From Gammaproteobacteria bacterium (lineage in GTDB: Bacteria; Pseudomonadota; Gammaproteobacteria; JAJPIJ01): DNA of 64,000 nucleotides. Below are positions 40,875 to 50,668 of the stretch, piece by piece. How positions within the stretch are numbered: the stretch's first letter is position 1; each line of letters begins with the position of its first letter. Below the pieces are notes generated by a model. That model ran no database searches, was not told where the DNA came from, and worked only from the letters and a program-made list of their open reading frames with translations. The DNA lies in NCBI GenBank assembly GCA_035501935.1, contig DATJVC010000034.1:4621-68620 (forward strand). Reading direction: 5' to 3'. A program made the translations under genes and the position numbers.

Positions 40875-41717
40875 ATGTCTGTTTATGCCATCGGCGATAT
40901 CCAAGGCTGTTTCGCCGAACTGCGGGAATTGCTCGATGTCCTGAAGTTCGACCCGGCGCGGGATCGACTGTGGTTCACCGGCGATCTGGTCAATCGCGGC
41001 CCGGATTCGCTCGGTGCGCTGCGTTTCGTGCGCAATCTCGGCGACCGCGCCATCACCGTGCTGGGTAATCATGATCTACACCTGCTCGCCTGCGCCTGGG
41101 GCAAGCGGAAACCGCATCGTAAGGATACGCTCGATGACGTGCTGCGCGCGCCGGATCGCGATGAACTGCTGGACTGGCTGCGGCGGCTGCCGCTGCTGCA
41201 TTGGGACCCCGCGCTGGGCTACACGCTCATCCACGCCGGCCTGCCGCCGCAGTGGGACATCGCGCAGGCGCAGGCACTGGCGCAGGAGGTGGAAGCCGTG
41301 CTGCGCTCAGAGAAGATTACCGCGTTCCTGGAGGAAATGTACGGCAACGAACCGGATCACTGGCGCAAAAATCTGCACGGCTGGGAGCGATTGCGTTTCA
41401 TCACCAACTGCCTCACCCGCATGCGCTACTGCGACAAAAAAGGACGTGTTGATCTCTCGGAGAAAAATGCGCCCGGCCGGCAGAAAAAAGGACTATTACC
41501 GTGGTTCACCGTGCCCGAACGGCGCAGCGCGGAGGAGCCGTTGATCTTCGGTCATTGGGCAACACTGCGTTTGACCGGCATCAATTACCGTGCCCATAAC
41601 GTCCATGGCATCGATACCGGCTGCGTCTGGGGTGGTGCTCTGACGGCTTTGTGCCTCAATGATGGCCGCGAAATCCAGATAAAAAGCCGCACGCGCGTGG
41701 CAGGCACTGCAGAATAG
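40875..41717 (+). CDS. apaH: bis(5'-nucleosyl)-tetraphosphatase, symmetrical
   Basis: 280 aa: MSVYAIGDIQGC...GDLVNRGP...GNHD (metallophosphatase motifs). Confidence 0.9.
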   Translation: MSVYAIGDIQGCFAELRELLDVLKFDPARDRLWFTGDLVNRGPDSLGALRFVRNLGDRAITVLGNHDLHLLACAWGKRKPHRKDTLDDVLRAPDRDELLDWLRRLPLLHWDPALGYTLIHAGLPPQWDIAQAQALAQEVEAVLRSEKITAFLEEMYGNEPDHWRKNLHGWERLRFITNCLTRMRYCDKKGRVDLSEKNAPGRQKKGLLPWFTVPERRSAEEPLIFGHWATLRLTGINYRAHNVHGIDTGCVWGGALTALCLNDGREIQIKSRTRVAGTAE

Positions 41718-42287
41718 CTATCTCCGATCGATATTCGATGCTGACTTTTTAGTTGTTTTCTTTCCGGCGCGACTTTTACGTTGATGAGAAATACGCTCAA
41801 GTACGAGGAAACTATAAGGATCAGCATTAAGCTGTTTTAACCTGCGCTCATCTTTTTTTATGATTTCCCACTCATTCATATCAATTGGGGGGAAAGTAGT
41901 ATCCCCAAAAAAACGACTGCCTTTTATTTGTGTAAGGTAAATCCGAGACACAAACGGAAAAAACTCTTTATATATTTCACCTCCACCGATCACCATAATT
42001 TCTGTTTTCTCTGTTGCTAACTTCTTCGCCATATTTAGTGCACTTTCTACAGAGTGAGCAACCGTACAACCCGACGCTAGGAAATTGCGATCTCGTGTCA
42101 CTATGATATTAGTACGTCCCGGCAAAGGTTTGCCAAGCGATTCGAAGGTGCGTCGCCCCATGATAATGGCTTTCCCCATGGTAATCTTTTTGAATCTGCG
42201 AAGATCCGACGGAAGACGCCAAGGTAATTGATTGCTCCAGCCAATAGTAAGCCATTCATCAACCGCAACAATGATCGAAACTCTCAT
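41718..42287 (-). CDS. folA: dihydrofolate reductase, low-G+C allele with a basic C-terminal tail
   Basis: 189 aa. Contains [32 protein letters not shown] and IGGGEIY. About 24 extra residues ([24 protein letters not shown]) follow the canonical ...LVLER end. ATGA overlap with thyA. Confidence 0.9.
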   Translation of the reverse strand: MRVSIIVAVDEWLTIGWSNQLPWRLPSDLRRFKKITMGKAIIMGRRTFESLGKPLPGRTNIIVTRDRNFLASGCTVAHSVESALNMAKKLATEKTEIMVIGGGEIYKEFFPFVSRIYLTQIKGSRFFGDTTFPPIDMNEWEIIKKDERRLKQLNADPYSFLVLERISHQRKSRAGKKTTKKSASNIDRR

Positions 42288-43078
42288 ATCGCAATAGGGG
42301 CCGTAATTGCCGGATGCGGCTCATACCCTCGCAACGCGATATCCTCATATCGGAACGCGAACAAATCCTTCACCGCCGGATTAAGGCGCAGGGTGGGCAA
42401 AGCGTGCGGCGTGCGCGTCAGCTGCAGATCCACCTGCTCGAGATGATTGAGATAGATGTGCGCGTCGCCCAATGTGTGTACGAACTCACCGGGTTTGAGA
42501 CCAGTGACCTGCGCGATCATCATGGCGAGCAACGCGTAGGAGGCAATGTTGAACGGCACGCCGAGAAACATATCGGCGCTGCGCTGATAGAGCTGGCACG
42601 ACAGTCGGCCATCCGCGACATAAAACTGGAACAGCGCATGGCACGGCGCCAGCGCCATCTTATCGATTTCACCCGGATTCCATGCCGTCACAAGCAAACG
42701 TCGCGAATCCGGATCCTTGCGGATGCGATCGATGACATCGCTGATCTGATCGATGACACGACCATCGGCGGCCCGCCAGTAGCGCCACTGTGCGCCATAG
42801 ACCGGGCCGAGGTCGCCGTTCTTGTCCGCCCATTCGTCCCAGATGGTCACACCGTGCTCCTGCAACCACTTCACGTTGGTGCCGCCGCGCAAAAACCACA
42901 GCAGTTCATAGATGATCGACTTCATATGCAGCTTCTTGGTGGTGAGCAGCGGGAAACCCGCAGCAAGGTCGAATCGCATTTGCGGACCGAATATGGACAG
43001 CGTGCCGGTGCCGGTGCGGTCGCCTTTGCGCACGCCATGCGTGCGGATGTGGCGCAATAGATCGAGATAGATTTGCAT
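42284..43078 (-). CDS. thyA: thymidylate synthase
   Basis: 264 aa. Contains [11 protein letters not shown] and the [12 protein letters not shown] active-site Cys region. Confidence 0.95.
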   Translation of the reverse strand: MQIYLDLLRHIRTHGVRKGDRTGTGTLSIFGPQMRFDLAAGFPLLTTKKLHMKSIIYELLWFLRGGTNVKWLQEHGVTIWDEWADKNGDLGPVYGAQWRYWRAADGRVIDQISDVIDRIRKDPDSRRLLVTAWNPGEIDKMALAPCHALFQFYVADGRLSCQLYQRSADMFLGVPFNIASYALLAMMIAQVTGLKPGEFVHTLGDAHIYLNHLEQVDLQLTRTPHALPTLRLNPAVKDLFAFRYEDIALRGYEPHPAITAPIAI

Positions 43079-43081
43079 GGA

Positions 43082-43894
43082 TTAAGAGCGGCGATTGGCT
43101 GTCCACAACATCCAGACGCCGAACAATATCACCGGCAGCGACAGCAACTGACCCATGGTGAGCCAGTCCCAGGCCAGGTAACCGAGTTGCGCATCCGGCT
43201 GGCGTACGAATTCGACCAGAAAACGCAAGGTGCCGTAACCCAGCAGGAACAGGCCGGCCACCGCACCCGTGGGCCGGGGCCGTTGTGAGTACCACCACAA
43301 GACCACGAACAGCAGCACGCCTTCCAGCCCTGCCTCGTAGAGCTGCGAGGGATGGCGCGGGATGCCGCCGGCGTCCGGATTGGGAAACACCACGCCCCAC
43401 GGCAGATCGGTCGGCGCACCCCATAATTCCCCATTGATGAAGTTGGCAATGCGGCCCAGACACAGACCGATGGGAACAACCGGCGCCAGGAAATCCGCCA
43501 CGGCGCGGAAGCCCCTGCCCGTGAAATGCCCGAAAGCGGCCAGCACCAGCAACGAAGCAGCGAGGCCGCCGTGGAACGACATGCCACCCTGCCAGACCTT
43601 GAAGATATCCAACGGATGCGCCAGATATACCGGCAGGTTGTAGAACAGCACGTAACCCAGACGCCCGCCCAGCACGACGGCAAGCGCGCTGTAGAAAACG
43701 AGGTCGCTCACCTGCTCCGCGTCCCAACCGGAGCCCGGGCGGGCGGCACGCTGGTTCAACAGCGTCCACGCCGCGAGAAAACCGGCGACATACGCCAGCC
43801 CGTACCAGCGTATGGCCAGCGGCCCCAGATGCACGGCGACGGGATCGATGTTGGGAAAGGCGAGCATGCGGGAATTTTGAAATAAGACCTTCAT
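43082..43894 (-). CDS. lgt: prolipoprotein diacylglyceryl transferase
   Basis: Contains FPNIDPVAVHLGPLAIRWYGLAY, GGMSFHGG and RHPSQLYE motifs. Start is uncertain (43894, 43867 or the track's 43939). The lgt-thyA order matches E. coli. Confidence 0.9.
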   Translation of the reverse strand: MKVLFQNSRMLAFPNIDPVAVHLGPLAIRWYGLAYVAGFLAAWTLLNQRAARPGSGWDAEQVSDLVFYSALAVVLGGRLGYVLFYNLPVYLAHPLDIFKVWQGGMSFHGGLAASLLVLAAFGHFTGRGFRAVADFLAPVVPIGLCLGRIANFINGELWGAPTDLPWGVVFPNPDAGGIPRHPSQLYEAGLEGVLLFVVLWWYSQRPRPTGAVAGLFLLGYGTLRFLVEFVRQPDAQLGYLAWDWLTMGQLLSLPVILFGVWMLWTANRRS

Positions 43895-43950
43895 TCTATC
43901 AGGTCGGCCTCGCGGTATGATGTATGGATATCCATCCATCGGAGACCGTC

Positions 43951-44745
43951 ATGACCGGCCCATCAACCTCAAAACCCATTGCGCTCATTACCGGCGCCTC
44001 CAGCGGGATAGGACTTGAACTCAGCCGGTTATTTGCCGCCGGCGGCTATGCACTGGCGCTGTCGGCTCGCCGGACCGCGGAACTCAACCAGCTTGCGGAC
44101 GAACTCAAAACTGCGCACGGTACGCCTGTAACTGTGTTCCCCCTTGATCTTTCACAACCGGGCGCGGCCCGCGAGTTGTGGACCCAGGTGGAAAAGGCAA
44201 ATTTGCAGATCGATGTGCTGGTCAATAATGCAGGTCTGGGCATCACCGACGCCTTTGTCGCGACGGATCCGGCCGCCCTGGAAACCATGCTGCGTGTCAA
44301 CATGGAGGCCCTCACCATGTTGACGCGCTACGCGCTGCCGGCCATGTTGCAGCGCCGTCGTGGACGCATCCTCAATGTCGGTTCCGTGGTCGGCTACCAG
44401 CCCGGCGGCCCCGGCATGGCCGTGTATTACGCCTCCAAGAGTTATGTCCTGTCGTTCTCACGCGCCCTGACCGTGGAGTTGCGCGGCAGCGGCGTCACGG
44501 TCACAGCGCTGTGCCCCGGCACGACGCGTACCGAATTCGAACAAAGAGCCGGTGAGAAGGCGGGCCGCCTGTTCCGCCTGATGCGGCCCATGGATGCCCG
44601 GACCGTTGCGATGGCCGGTTATCAGGGACTGCACGCCGGGCGCGCCATCGTCATCCCCGGCCTGTTCAACAAGATAATGGCCGTTGCCGGAGAACTGCCG
44701 CCGCGTCAGATTGCGCTCGCCGTCAACCGCATATTGTTGTCATGA
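43951..44745 (+). CDS. short-chain dehydrogenase/reductase (SDR) family oxidoreductase
   Basis: [11 protein letters not shown] lies near the N-terminus and YYASK is the catalytic motif. GGAGA lies 5 nt before ATG 43951. Confidence 0.8.
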   Translation: MTGPSTSKPIALITGASSGIGLELSRLFAAGGYALALSARRTAELNQLADELKTAHGTPVTVFPLDLSQPGAARELWTQVEKANLQIDVLVNNAGLGITDAFVATDPAALETMLRVNMEALTMLTRYALPAMLQRRRGRILNVGSVVGYQPGGPGMAVYYASKSYVLSFSRALTVELRGSGVTVTALCPGTTRTEFEQRAGEKAGRLFRLMRPMDARTVAMAGYQGLHAGRAIVIPGLFNKIMAVAGELPPRQIALAVNRILLS

Positions 44746-46832
44746 CCTCCGCCGCAAGGGCTCACCGTAACGCCCTCGCAGGCGAAACCAGTCCGTATTT
44801 GTTGCAGCACGCCGGGAACCCGGTGGACTGGCATCCGTGGGGCGATGAGGCGCTCAAGCTCGCGCGCGAGACGGGCAGGCCCATCCTGCTGTCGGTGGGC
44901 TACTCGGCCTGTCACTGGTGCCACGTCATGGCGCACGAATCCTTTGAGGACGAAGAGACGGCGGCATTGATGAACGAGCACTTCGTCAACATCAAGGTTG
45001 ATCGCGAGGAACGCCCCGACCTCGACAAAATCTACCAGACGGCGCAATACCTGCTGACCCGGCGCTCGGGTGGCTGGCCGCTCACCATGTTCCTCACCCA
45101 CGATGACCATGTGCCGTTCTACGGCGGCACCTACTTCCCGGGCGAGCCGCGCTGGGGCATGCCCTCGTTCAAGGATTTGCTGCGGCACATCGCCGAGGTG
45201 TACCGCGAGCGGCTGCCTGAACTGCGTGAGCAGAACCAGGCCGTGCTGGAGGCCCTGCGCGGGCAGATGTCCACGCAAAACGACGAAGATCTCCCTGCGC
45301 CCTCCTCCGAACCGCTGCTGAAGGCCCGGCGCGACATTGAAAACGGTTTCGACGCGGTCGACGGCGGCTTCGGCGCGGCGCCCAAATTTCCGCATCCACC
45401 CATGCTGGAGCGGCTGTTACGGCATCACGCCGCATCCGTGGCAGCGGGTGAGTCCGATGCGCCGGCCCTGCATATGGCGGTGTTCACCCTGCGGAAAATG
45501 GCGGAGGGCGGCATGTACGACCAGATCGGCGGCGGCTTCGCGCGCTATTCCGTCGATGCCCACTGGATGATCCCGCACTTCGAGAAGATGCTGTACGACA
45601 ATGCGCAGTTGCTGGGGCTGTACGTGCAGGCTTGGCAAATTACGGGCGATCCCTGCTTCCGCCAGATTGCGATGGAAACCGCCGACTGGGTGACCCGCGA
45701 CATGCAATCTCCGGAAGGCGGCTATTACTCTTCGCTGGACGCCGACTCGGAGGGACACGAGGGCAAGTTTTACGCTTGGTCGCGCGAGGAAGTGCGCGCC
45801 CTGCTGACGGATGCCGAATATGCCGTCCTCGCACCACATTATGGTCTTTCCCATGCGCCGAATTTCGAAGGGCAATGGCATTTTCACGTCATGCAATCCC
45901 TTGAAGACGTTGCGGCAGCTGCAAAACTGGAGATCACACAAGCACGCGAATTGCTAAACTCCGCGCGCGCAAAGCTACTCACAGTACGCAACAAGCGCAT
46001 CTGGCCCGGACGCGACGAGAAGATTTTGACCTCATGGAACGCGTTGATGATCAAAACCATGGCGCTGGCGGGATTTCATTTGGATCGCCAGGATTATCTC
46101 GACAGCGCACGGCGGGCGCTGGATTTTCTGCGCGCGCGCATGTGGCAGGGCAATCGCCTGCTTGCGACATACAAGGACAACCACGCGCATCTCAATGCCT
46201 ATCTGGACGATTACGCCTTCCTGATTGATGCGCTGTTGATGATGCTCTCCGTGCACTGGCGCGATGAGGACCTGGCCTGGGTCACAGCGCTGGCCGATGT
46301 GCTGTTGGAGCAGTTTGAAGACAAGGAGAAAGGCGGCTTTTATTTCACCGCGCATGATCACGAGCAGCTCATCCTGCGCAGCAAGACCTGCGCCGATGAG
46401 GCGCTGCCCGCCGGCAACGGCATCGCCGCGCTGGTGCTGGGACGATTGGGACACTTGCTTGGGAATGAGCGCTATTTGCTGGCTGCCGAACGCACGCTCA
46501 AATCCTGCTGGCTCGCTATCTTGCAACATCCCTCCGCGCATCTGACCCTGCTCTCGGCACTCGAAGAATTATTACAACCGCCACAGACCGTAGTGTTGCG
46601 CGGCACTGGTGATGAACTCATCGCCTGGCAGCGTATCGCCATGCGTGGTTACGTCCCCCGCCGTCAGGTCTTTGCCATTCCCACCGATGCCCAAAATCTG
46701 CCATCGCTGCTGGCCGCGCGTGAACCTTCCAAAAGCGGTACAGTGGCTTATGTCTGCGAAGGCACCCACTGCGAAGCCCCGGTATCCAAGTCAGGGGAAC
46801 TTGAGAAACTAGTAGAGAAAATAGACGGTTGA
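44742..46832 (+). CDS. thioredoxin-domain protein of the YyaL/DUF255 family (N-terminal Trx-like domain plus (alpha/alpha)6 barrel)
   Basis: 696 aa. Contains [22 protein letters not shown] and the [11 protein letters not shown] motif. Confidence 0.8.
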   Translation: MTSAARAHRNALAGETSPYLLQHAGNPVDWHPWGDEALKLARETGRPILLSVGYSACHWCHVMAHESFEDEETAALMNEHFVNIKVDREERPDLDKIYQTAQYLLTRRSGGWPLTMFLTHDDHVPFYGGTYFPGEPRWGMPSFKDLLRHIAEVYRERLPELREQNQAVLEALRGQMSTQNDEDLPAPSSEPLLKARRDIENGFDAVDGGFGAAPKFPHPPMLERLLRHHAASVAAGESDAPALHMAVFTLRKMAEGGMYDQIGGGFARYSVDAHWMIPHFEKMLYDNAQLLGLYVQAWQITGDPCFRQIAMETADWVTRDMQSPEGGYYSSLDADSEGHEGKFYAWSREEVRALLTDAEYAVLAPHYGLSHAPNFEGQWHFHVMQSLEDVAAAAKLEITQARELLNSARAKLLTVRNKRIWPGRDEKILTSWNALMIKTMALAGFHLDRQDYLDSARRALDFLRARMWQGNRLLATYKDNHAHLNAYLDDYAFLIDALLMMLSVHWRDEDLAWVTALADVLLEQFEDKEKGGFYFTAHDHEQLILRSKTCADEALPAGNGIAALVLGRLGHLLGNERYLLAAERTLKSCWLAILQHPSAHLTLLSALEELLQPPQTVVLRGTGDELIAWQRIAMRGYVPRRQVFAIPTDAQNLPSLLAAREPSKSGTVAYVCEGTHCEAPVSKSGELEKLVEKIDG

Positions 46833-48503
46833 TCTTAAAATTTAAATAATCTGAATCACCAAATGTGATATGTATGTAACGATAAACATCGGGGCTTTTT
46901 CTTTTGCCTCCTAATGAACGAAAAACCGCTCTATGATCGTTTGCAACATCTTGACCTCGGGAACGGAGTTGCCGAGCACGATAACTTGCTCTGGAAATGC
47001 ATGGTCGAAACTCAGCATTTCACCGATTTACTATATGATCGCGCTGACCTCGTGTTAGGAAGCAAGGGGGCGGGGAAATCTTCTCTTTTTCGAATGTTTG
47101 GTGAGATTCTGGAAGATAAACTTCTCACGGATTGGAAAACAATAGTTGTTTCTGGTGTCGAAACCCAAGGTGAACCAATTTTTAAATCTTATGCCAACCA
47201 CTTTCAGAGATTTTCTGAATCACAATTTGAAACATTTTGGAAAGCATATCTTTTAAGTCTTATATATAACAGGATATGTTACGATGATAAAATTAAAGCA
47301 ATATTTATTCCTCACGAAGCTGAACTTAAAAATTTCAAAAAACTCTACGAGAATCTCGGACTCATTGATGCCGGAAAAGTCACCTCCCCAACAAAATTAC
47401 TTAAGCTTATATGTGCATTTACAATAGCCGCAATTGAAGGTGTAAGGGCGGCATGGGACGTCGACAAGAACCAAATAGTTTGGGGGCTTAATTTCCGCGA
47501 AAAGATTGAAGAAGGTTATCAGGAAGTTGTCGTGCCAAATTTAGAAAATATGGACACGGTCTTGTGCATCGACGCACTTTCAAATTTAGTAAAGATAAGT
47601 GGATATAAAGTCTGGATAATTCTTGATCATCTTGACGTTGTTTTCAAAAGGCGTTCCTCGGAAGAAACTAAGGCACTAAGGGCTTTGCTCAAGGTGCTAT
47701 ATGCATTTACTACAAACCATATAAGACTAAAAATATTCTTGCGTGATGACATACTTGACGCGATTAGTTCAGATTCGGAGGAGCCGCTGGCGGCTGTTTC
47801 TCACATCACTGCACGGTCTGCGCCAAATCTTAAATGGACGTCCGATTCTTTATGCGTAATGATCATAAAAAGACTGGCTGCTGATCCTTGGCTTTCTCAG
47901 GAATATAACCTCAATCCTAATAAATTAGACGACGTTGACTATGCGCGCGAAAGCTTTCAGAGGATTTTTGCTCTGAAATACGTCAGACAGCTGGCGTTTG
48001 ATTGGATCTTTTCTCTTCTTTCGGATGGACGGGGTGTTGTTACTCCACGCGATTTAATTGACCTGCTTAAGAAAGCTCTGCACATTCAATCCCTCTGGCT
48101 TCAAAAGCATCCTGATAAAAAAGAATTTATGACCATTACAGCTATACAGGAAGCTTATCATGAGCTTTCGAAAAATAGAAAAGAGACCGTTCTTCAAACA
48201 GAATTTTCCCATCTTATGCATTGGATTCGGAAGCTTGAGCGAAATAAGGAGAAATATTCGAAAGACGAATTGCCTCTCGTTTTTGGCGATGAGGCTTATA
48301 AAGCAATTTCGACTTTACAAGCAATAGGTGTAATCCAATTTGATCATAAAAAATCTTGTTACCGCGTTGCCAAACTATACAGTCCTGGACTCCAAGTATA
48401 TGCTACTAGGGCAAAAAAACAGCCATCCCAACCATGTTGAAACCAGTTGATCCTGCTATTTTGATTAGTAGAAATTTCGAATTATTAATATCGATGTACG
48501 ACG
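46833..48503. other. low-G+C islet (single gene; no integrase, tRNA or IS)
   Basis: My counts on 60-nt lines: 47221-47280 is 25% G+C and 47641-47700 is 45%. Lines I counted elsewhere in the window (13021-13080 and 42601-42660) are 58% and 62%. The islet boundaries coincide with the stop codons of the two flanking core genes. Confidence 0.7.
46914..48440 (+). CDS. hypothetical P-loop NTPase (orphan, family not recognised)
   Basis: 508-aa ORF. Walker A is GSKGAGKS (aa 49-56). A Walker-B-like VWIILDHLD lies at aa 233-241. A TPRDLIDLLKKAL lid-like helix is also present. Composition is K/E/I/N-rich. Confidence 0.75.
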   Translation: MNEKPLYDRLQHLDLGNGVAEHDNLLWKCMVETQHFTDLLYDRADLVLGSKGAGKSSLFRMFGEILEDKLLTDWKTIVVSGVETQGEPIFKSYANHFQRFSESQFETFWKAYLLSLIYNRICYDDKIKAIFIPHEAELKNFKKLYENLGLIDAGKVTSPTKLLKLICAFTIAAIEGVRAAWDVDKNQIVWGLNFREKIEEGYQEVVVPNLENMDTVLCIDALSNLVKISGYKVWIILDHLDVVFKRRSSEETKALRALLKVLYAFTTNHIRLKIFLRDDILDAISSDSEEPLAAVSHITARSAPNLKWTSDSLCVMIIKRLAADPWLSQEYNLNPNKLDDVDYARESFQRIFALKYVRQLAFDWIFSLLSDGRGVVTPRDLIDLLKKALHIQSLWLQKHPDKKEFMTITAIQEAYHELSKNRKETVLQTEFSHLMHWIRKLERNKEKYSKDELPLVFGDEAYKAISTLQAIGVIQFDHKKSCYRVAKLYSPGLQVYATRAKKQPSQPC

Positions 48504-49436
48504 CTAAAGGTTGCGCTGGAAACTTTCGCGGAAGCGGGCCCAGAAATCGTCCTTGCTGAAACGGTGGTTCTGGGTGCCGGCGGATTCGATCTTGATGGCG
48601 CCCATGAGCGCGGCGATGCGCCCCGTGGTCTCCCAATCAAGCTTGTTCATGAGGCCATATAGAAGACCCGCCCGATAGGCATCGCCGCAGCCCGTAGGAT
48701 CAACCAACTCCTTGGCTTTGGCAATCGGGATATCATAGGTTTTCTCCTTGGTATGGATCGAGGAGCCATCGGCGCCGCGCGTCACGATCAACGCCTGCAC
48801 CTGCTGCGTGATCTGCTCGATGCTCAAGCCCGTGCGATCCTGCATCAACTGCCATTCGTAGTCGTTCAGCGTCACCCAGGCGGCCTGCGTGAGGAATCGT
48901 CGCAGTTCATCGCCGTTGAACATCGGCATGCCCTGGCCGGGATCGAAGATGAAGGGGATGCCCGCGGCGGCGAACTGCGCGGCATGTTCGACCATGCCAT
49001 CGCGGCCGTCGGGGGCGATGACGCCGATGGTCACGCCGTTCGCCGACGCGACTTTATTCATGTGCGCGAAATTCATCGCGCCGGGATGGAAGGCGGTGAT
49101 CTGGTTGTCGTCGAGATCGGTGGTGATAAACGCCTGCGCCGTCAGCATGCCGGAAATTTCGGTGACGTGCCGGTCTGGAATCTGATTCTCTCCCAGCCAC
49201 TGCCGGTAGGGGCGGAAATCGCCGCCGACCGTGCCCATTGGCAGCGGCCAGCCGCCGAGCAGTTTGAGGTTGTAGGCGATGTTGCCGGCGCAGCCGCCGA
49301 ATTCGCGCCGCATCCGCGGCACCAGGAAGGACACGTTCAGGATGTGTATCTTGTCGGGCAGGATGTGGTTCTTGAAGCGGTCTTCAAAGACCATGATGTT
49401 GTCGTAGGCGAACGAACCGCAGATCAGCGCTGACAT
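48504..49436 (-). CDS. PfkB-family carbohydrate/nucleoside kinase (adenosine-kinase-like)
   Basis: 310 aa. Contains GGCAGNIAYNL and the C-terminal DPTGCGDAYRAG (PfkB signature 2). Confidence 0.8.
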   Translation of the reverse strand: MSALICGSFAYDNIMVFEDRFKNHILPDKIHILNVSFLVPRMRREFGGCAGNIAYNLKLLGGWPLPMGTVGGDFRPYRQWLGENQIPDRHVTEISGMLTAQAFITTDLDDNQITAFHPGAMNFAHMNKVASANGVTIGVIAPDGRDGMVEHAAQFAAAGIPFIFDPGQGMPMFNGDELRRFLTQAAWVTLNDYEWQLMQDRTGLSIEQITQQVQALIVTRGADGSSIHTKEKTYDIPIAKAKELVDPTGCGDAYRAGLLYGLMNKLDWETTGRIAALMGAIKIESAGTQNHRFSKDDFWARFRESFQRNL

Positions 49437-49450
49437 GAATGCTCCCTGGT

Positions 49451-50668
49451 TTATTTTGTTGCCGCGTACGACACGCGCCAGATCTTGCCTGCGCCGTCAT
49501 CGGACACCAGCAGCGAGCCATCCGGCAGTTGCAGCAGGCCGACCGGCCGGCCCCAGACTTCCTGCCGGTCCTCGCCCAGCATCCAGCCCGTCAGGAAATC
49601 CTCCGGCCCGGAAACCGGCTTGCCGTGACTGAACGGCACAAAGACCACGCGGTAACCTGCATGTTTGGCGCGGTTCCACGAACCGTGCAGGGCGACAAAA
49701 CAACCGTTGCGGTATTTCTCTGGAAACTGCGAGCCGGTGTAGAACAGCAAACCCATCGCGCCGGCATGGCCGCCCAGCAACACGCTGGGATAGAGCGTCT
49801 TTGCCACCAAATCCGGTGCCTCGCCCTTGCGGCGCGGGTCTTCGTGCGGGCCGATATAGGCATACGGCCAGCCGTAGAAGCCGCCCTGTTGCACGCGCGT
49901 CAGGAAGTCCGGCGGCAGGTCATCGCCCAAGCCGTCGCGTTCGTGCGAGGTCGCCCACAGTTCACCGGTCACGGGGTTCCAGCCCAGCCCCATCGCGTTG
50001 CGTATGCCCGAGGCGTAAATCTCGTGCCCGCTGCCGTCGGGACGGTAGCGGTTGATCGCCGCGCGGATCGCGGGCTCGCCAGCGTTCACGTTCGAGCCGG
50101 AACCGACGCTCACGTACAGATATTCGTGCTTGGCATCGAACAGCAGCGTGCGCGTGACATGGCCGCTGTCGGTGCCTTCAAGCGAGATCACCTCCTCGCC
50201 CTTGCCGACGGTCATGGCATTGCTGTCGTAGGGATAACGCTTGACGGAGGTGGTCTCGGCGACGTACAGCCAGCGGTCGTGGAAGGCCAGACCGAACGGC
50301 CCGGTGAGATCATCGATCAGTGTCTTGGTGCTGCCGTCGCGGATCACCATGATTGCGCCGGCGTGCATGGCGGACACCAGCACCTCGCCGCCCGGCCCCA
50401 GCAGCATGTAGCGCGGCCCCGGCAGGCCGGTGGCCCATTCCGCGACCTTGAATCCCGGCGGCAGTTTCAGTTCCACGCCCGGCGGACGGGGAATGATGTT
50501 TGCCGGATTGGCCACCGAGGGCGTTGCAAATGGCGGCGGCAGCCCCTGTGCCGGCAGATTCACCGGCAGTCCCTGCTGGCTATTCTCGACTGCAACGGCG
50601 GACATGGCCGCCGACACACCAAGAAGAATGGTCATCCATTTGCGCCACACGGTTACGGTTCGTTTCAT
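49451..50668 (-). CDS. PQQ-dependent sugar (glucose/sorbosone) dehydrogenase family protein, secreted
   Basis: 405 aa with a signal peptide and beta-propeller repeats typical of the YliI/sorbosone dehydrogenase family (for example GHVTRTLLFD and GFYGWPY). Confidence 0.7.
   Translation of the reverse strand: MKRTVTVWRKWMTILLGVSAAMSAVAVENSQQGLPVNLPAQGLPPPFATPSVANPANIIPRPPGVELKLPPGFKVAEWATGLPGPRYMLLGPGGEVLVSAMHAGAIMVIRDGSTKTLIDDLTGPFGLAFHDRWLYVAETTSVKRYPYDSNAMTVGKGEEVISLEGTDSGHVTRTLLFDAKHEYLYVSVGSGSNVNAGEPAIRAAINRYRPDGSGHEIYASGIRNAMGLGWNPVTGELWATSHERDGLGDDLPPDFLTRVQQGGFYGWPYAYIGPHEDPRRKGEAPDLVAKTLYPSVLLGGHAGAMGLLFYTGSQFPEKYRNGCFVALHGSWNRAKHAGYRVVFVPFSHGKPVSGPEDFLTGWMLGEDRQEVWGRPVGLLQLPDGSLLVSDDGAGKIWRVSYAATK

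Noticed and set aside
46828-48452. 7-nt direct repeat GTTGATC at 46828-46834 and 48446-48452, bracketing the NTPase ORF. It could be a target-site duplication.
   Set aside because: A 7-mer match between two windows of about 80 nt is expected by chance fairly often. The right-hand copy also lies inside the low-G+C tract rather than at its edge.
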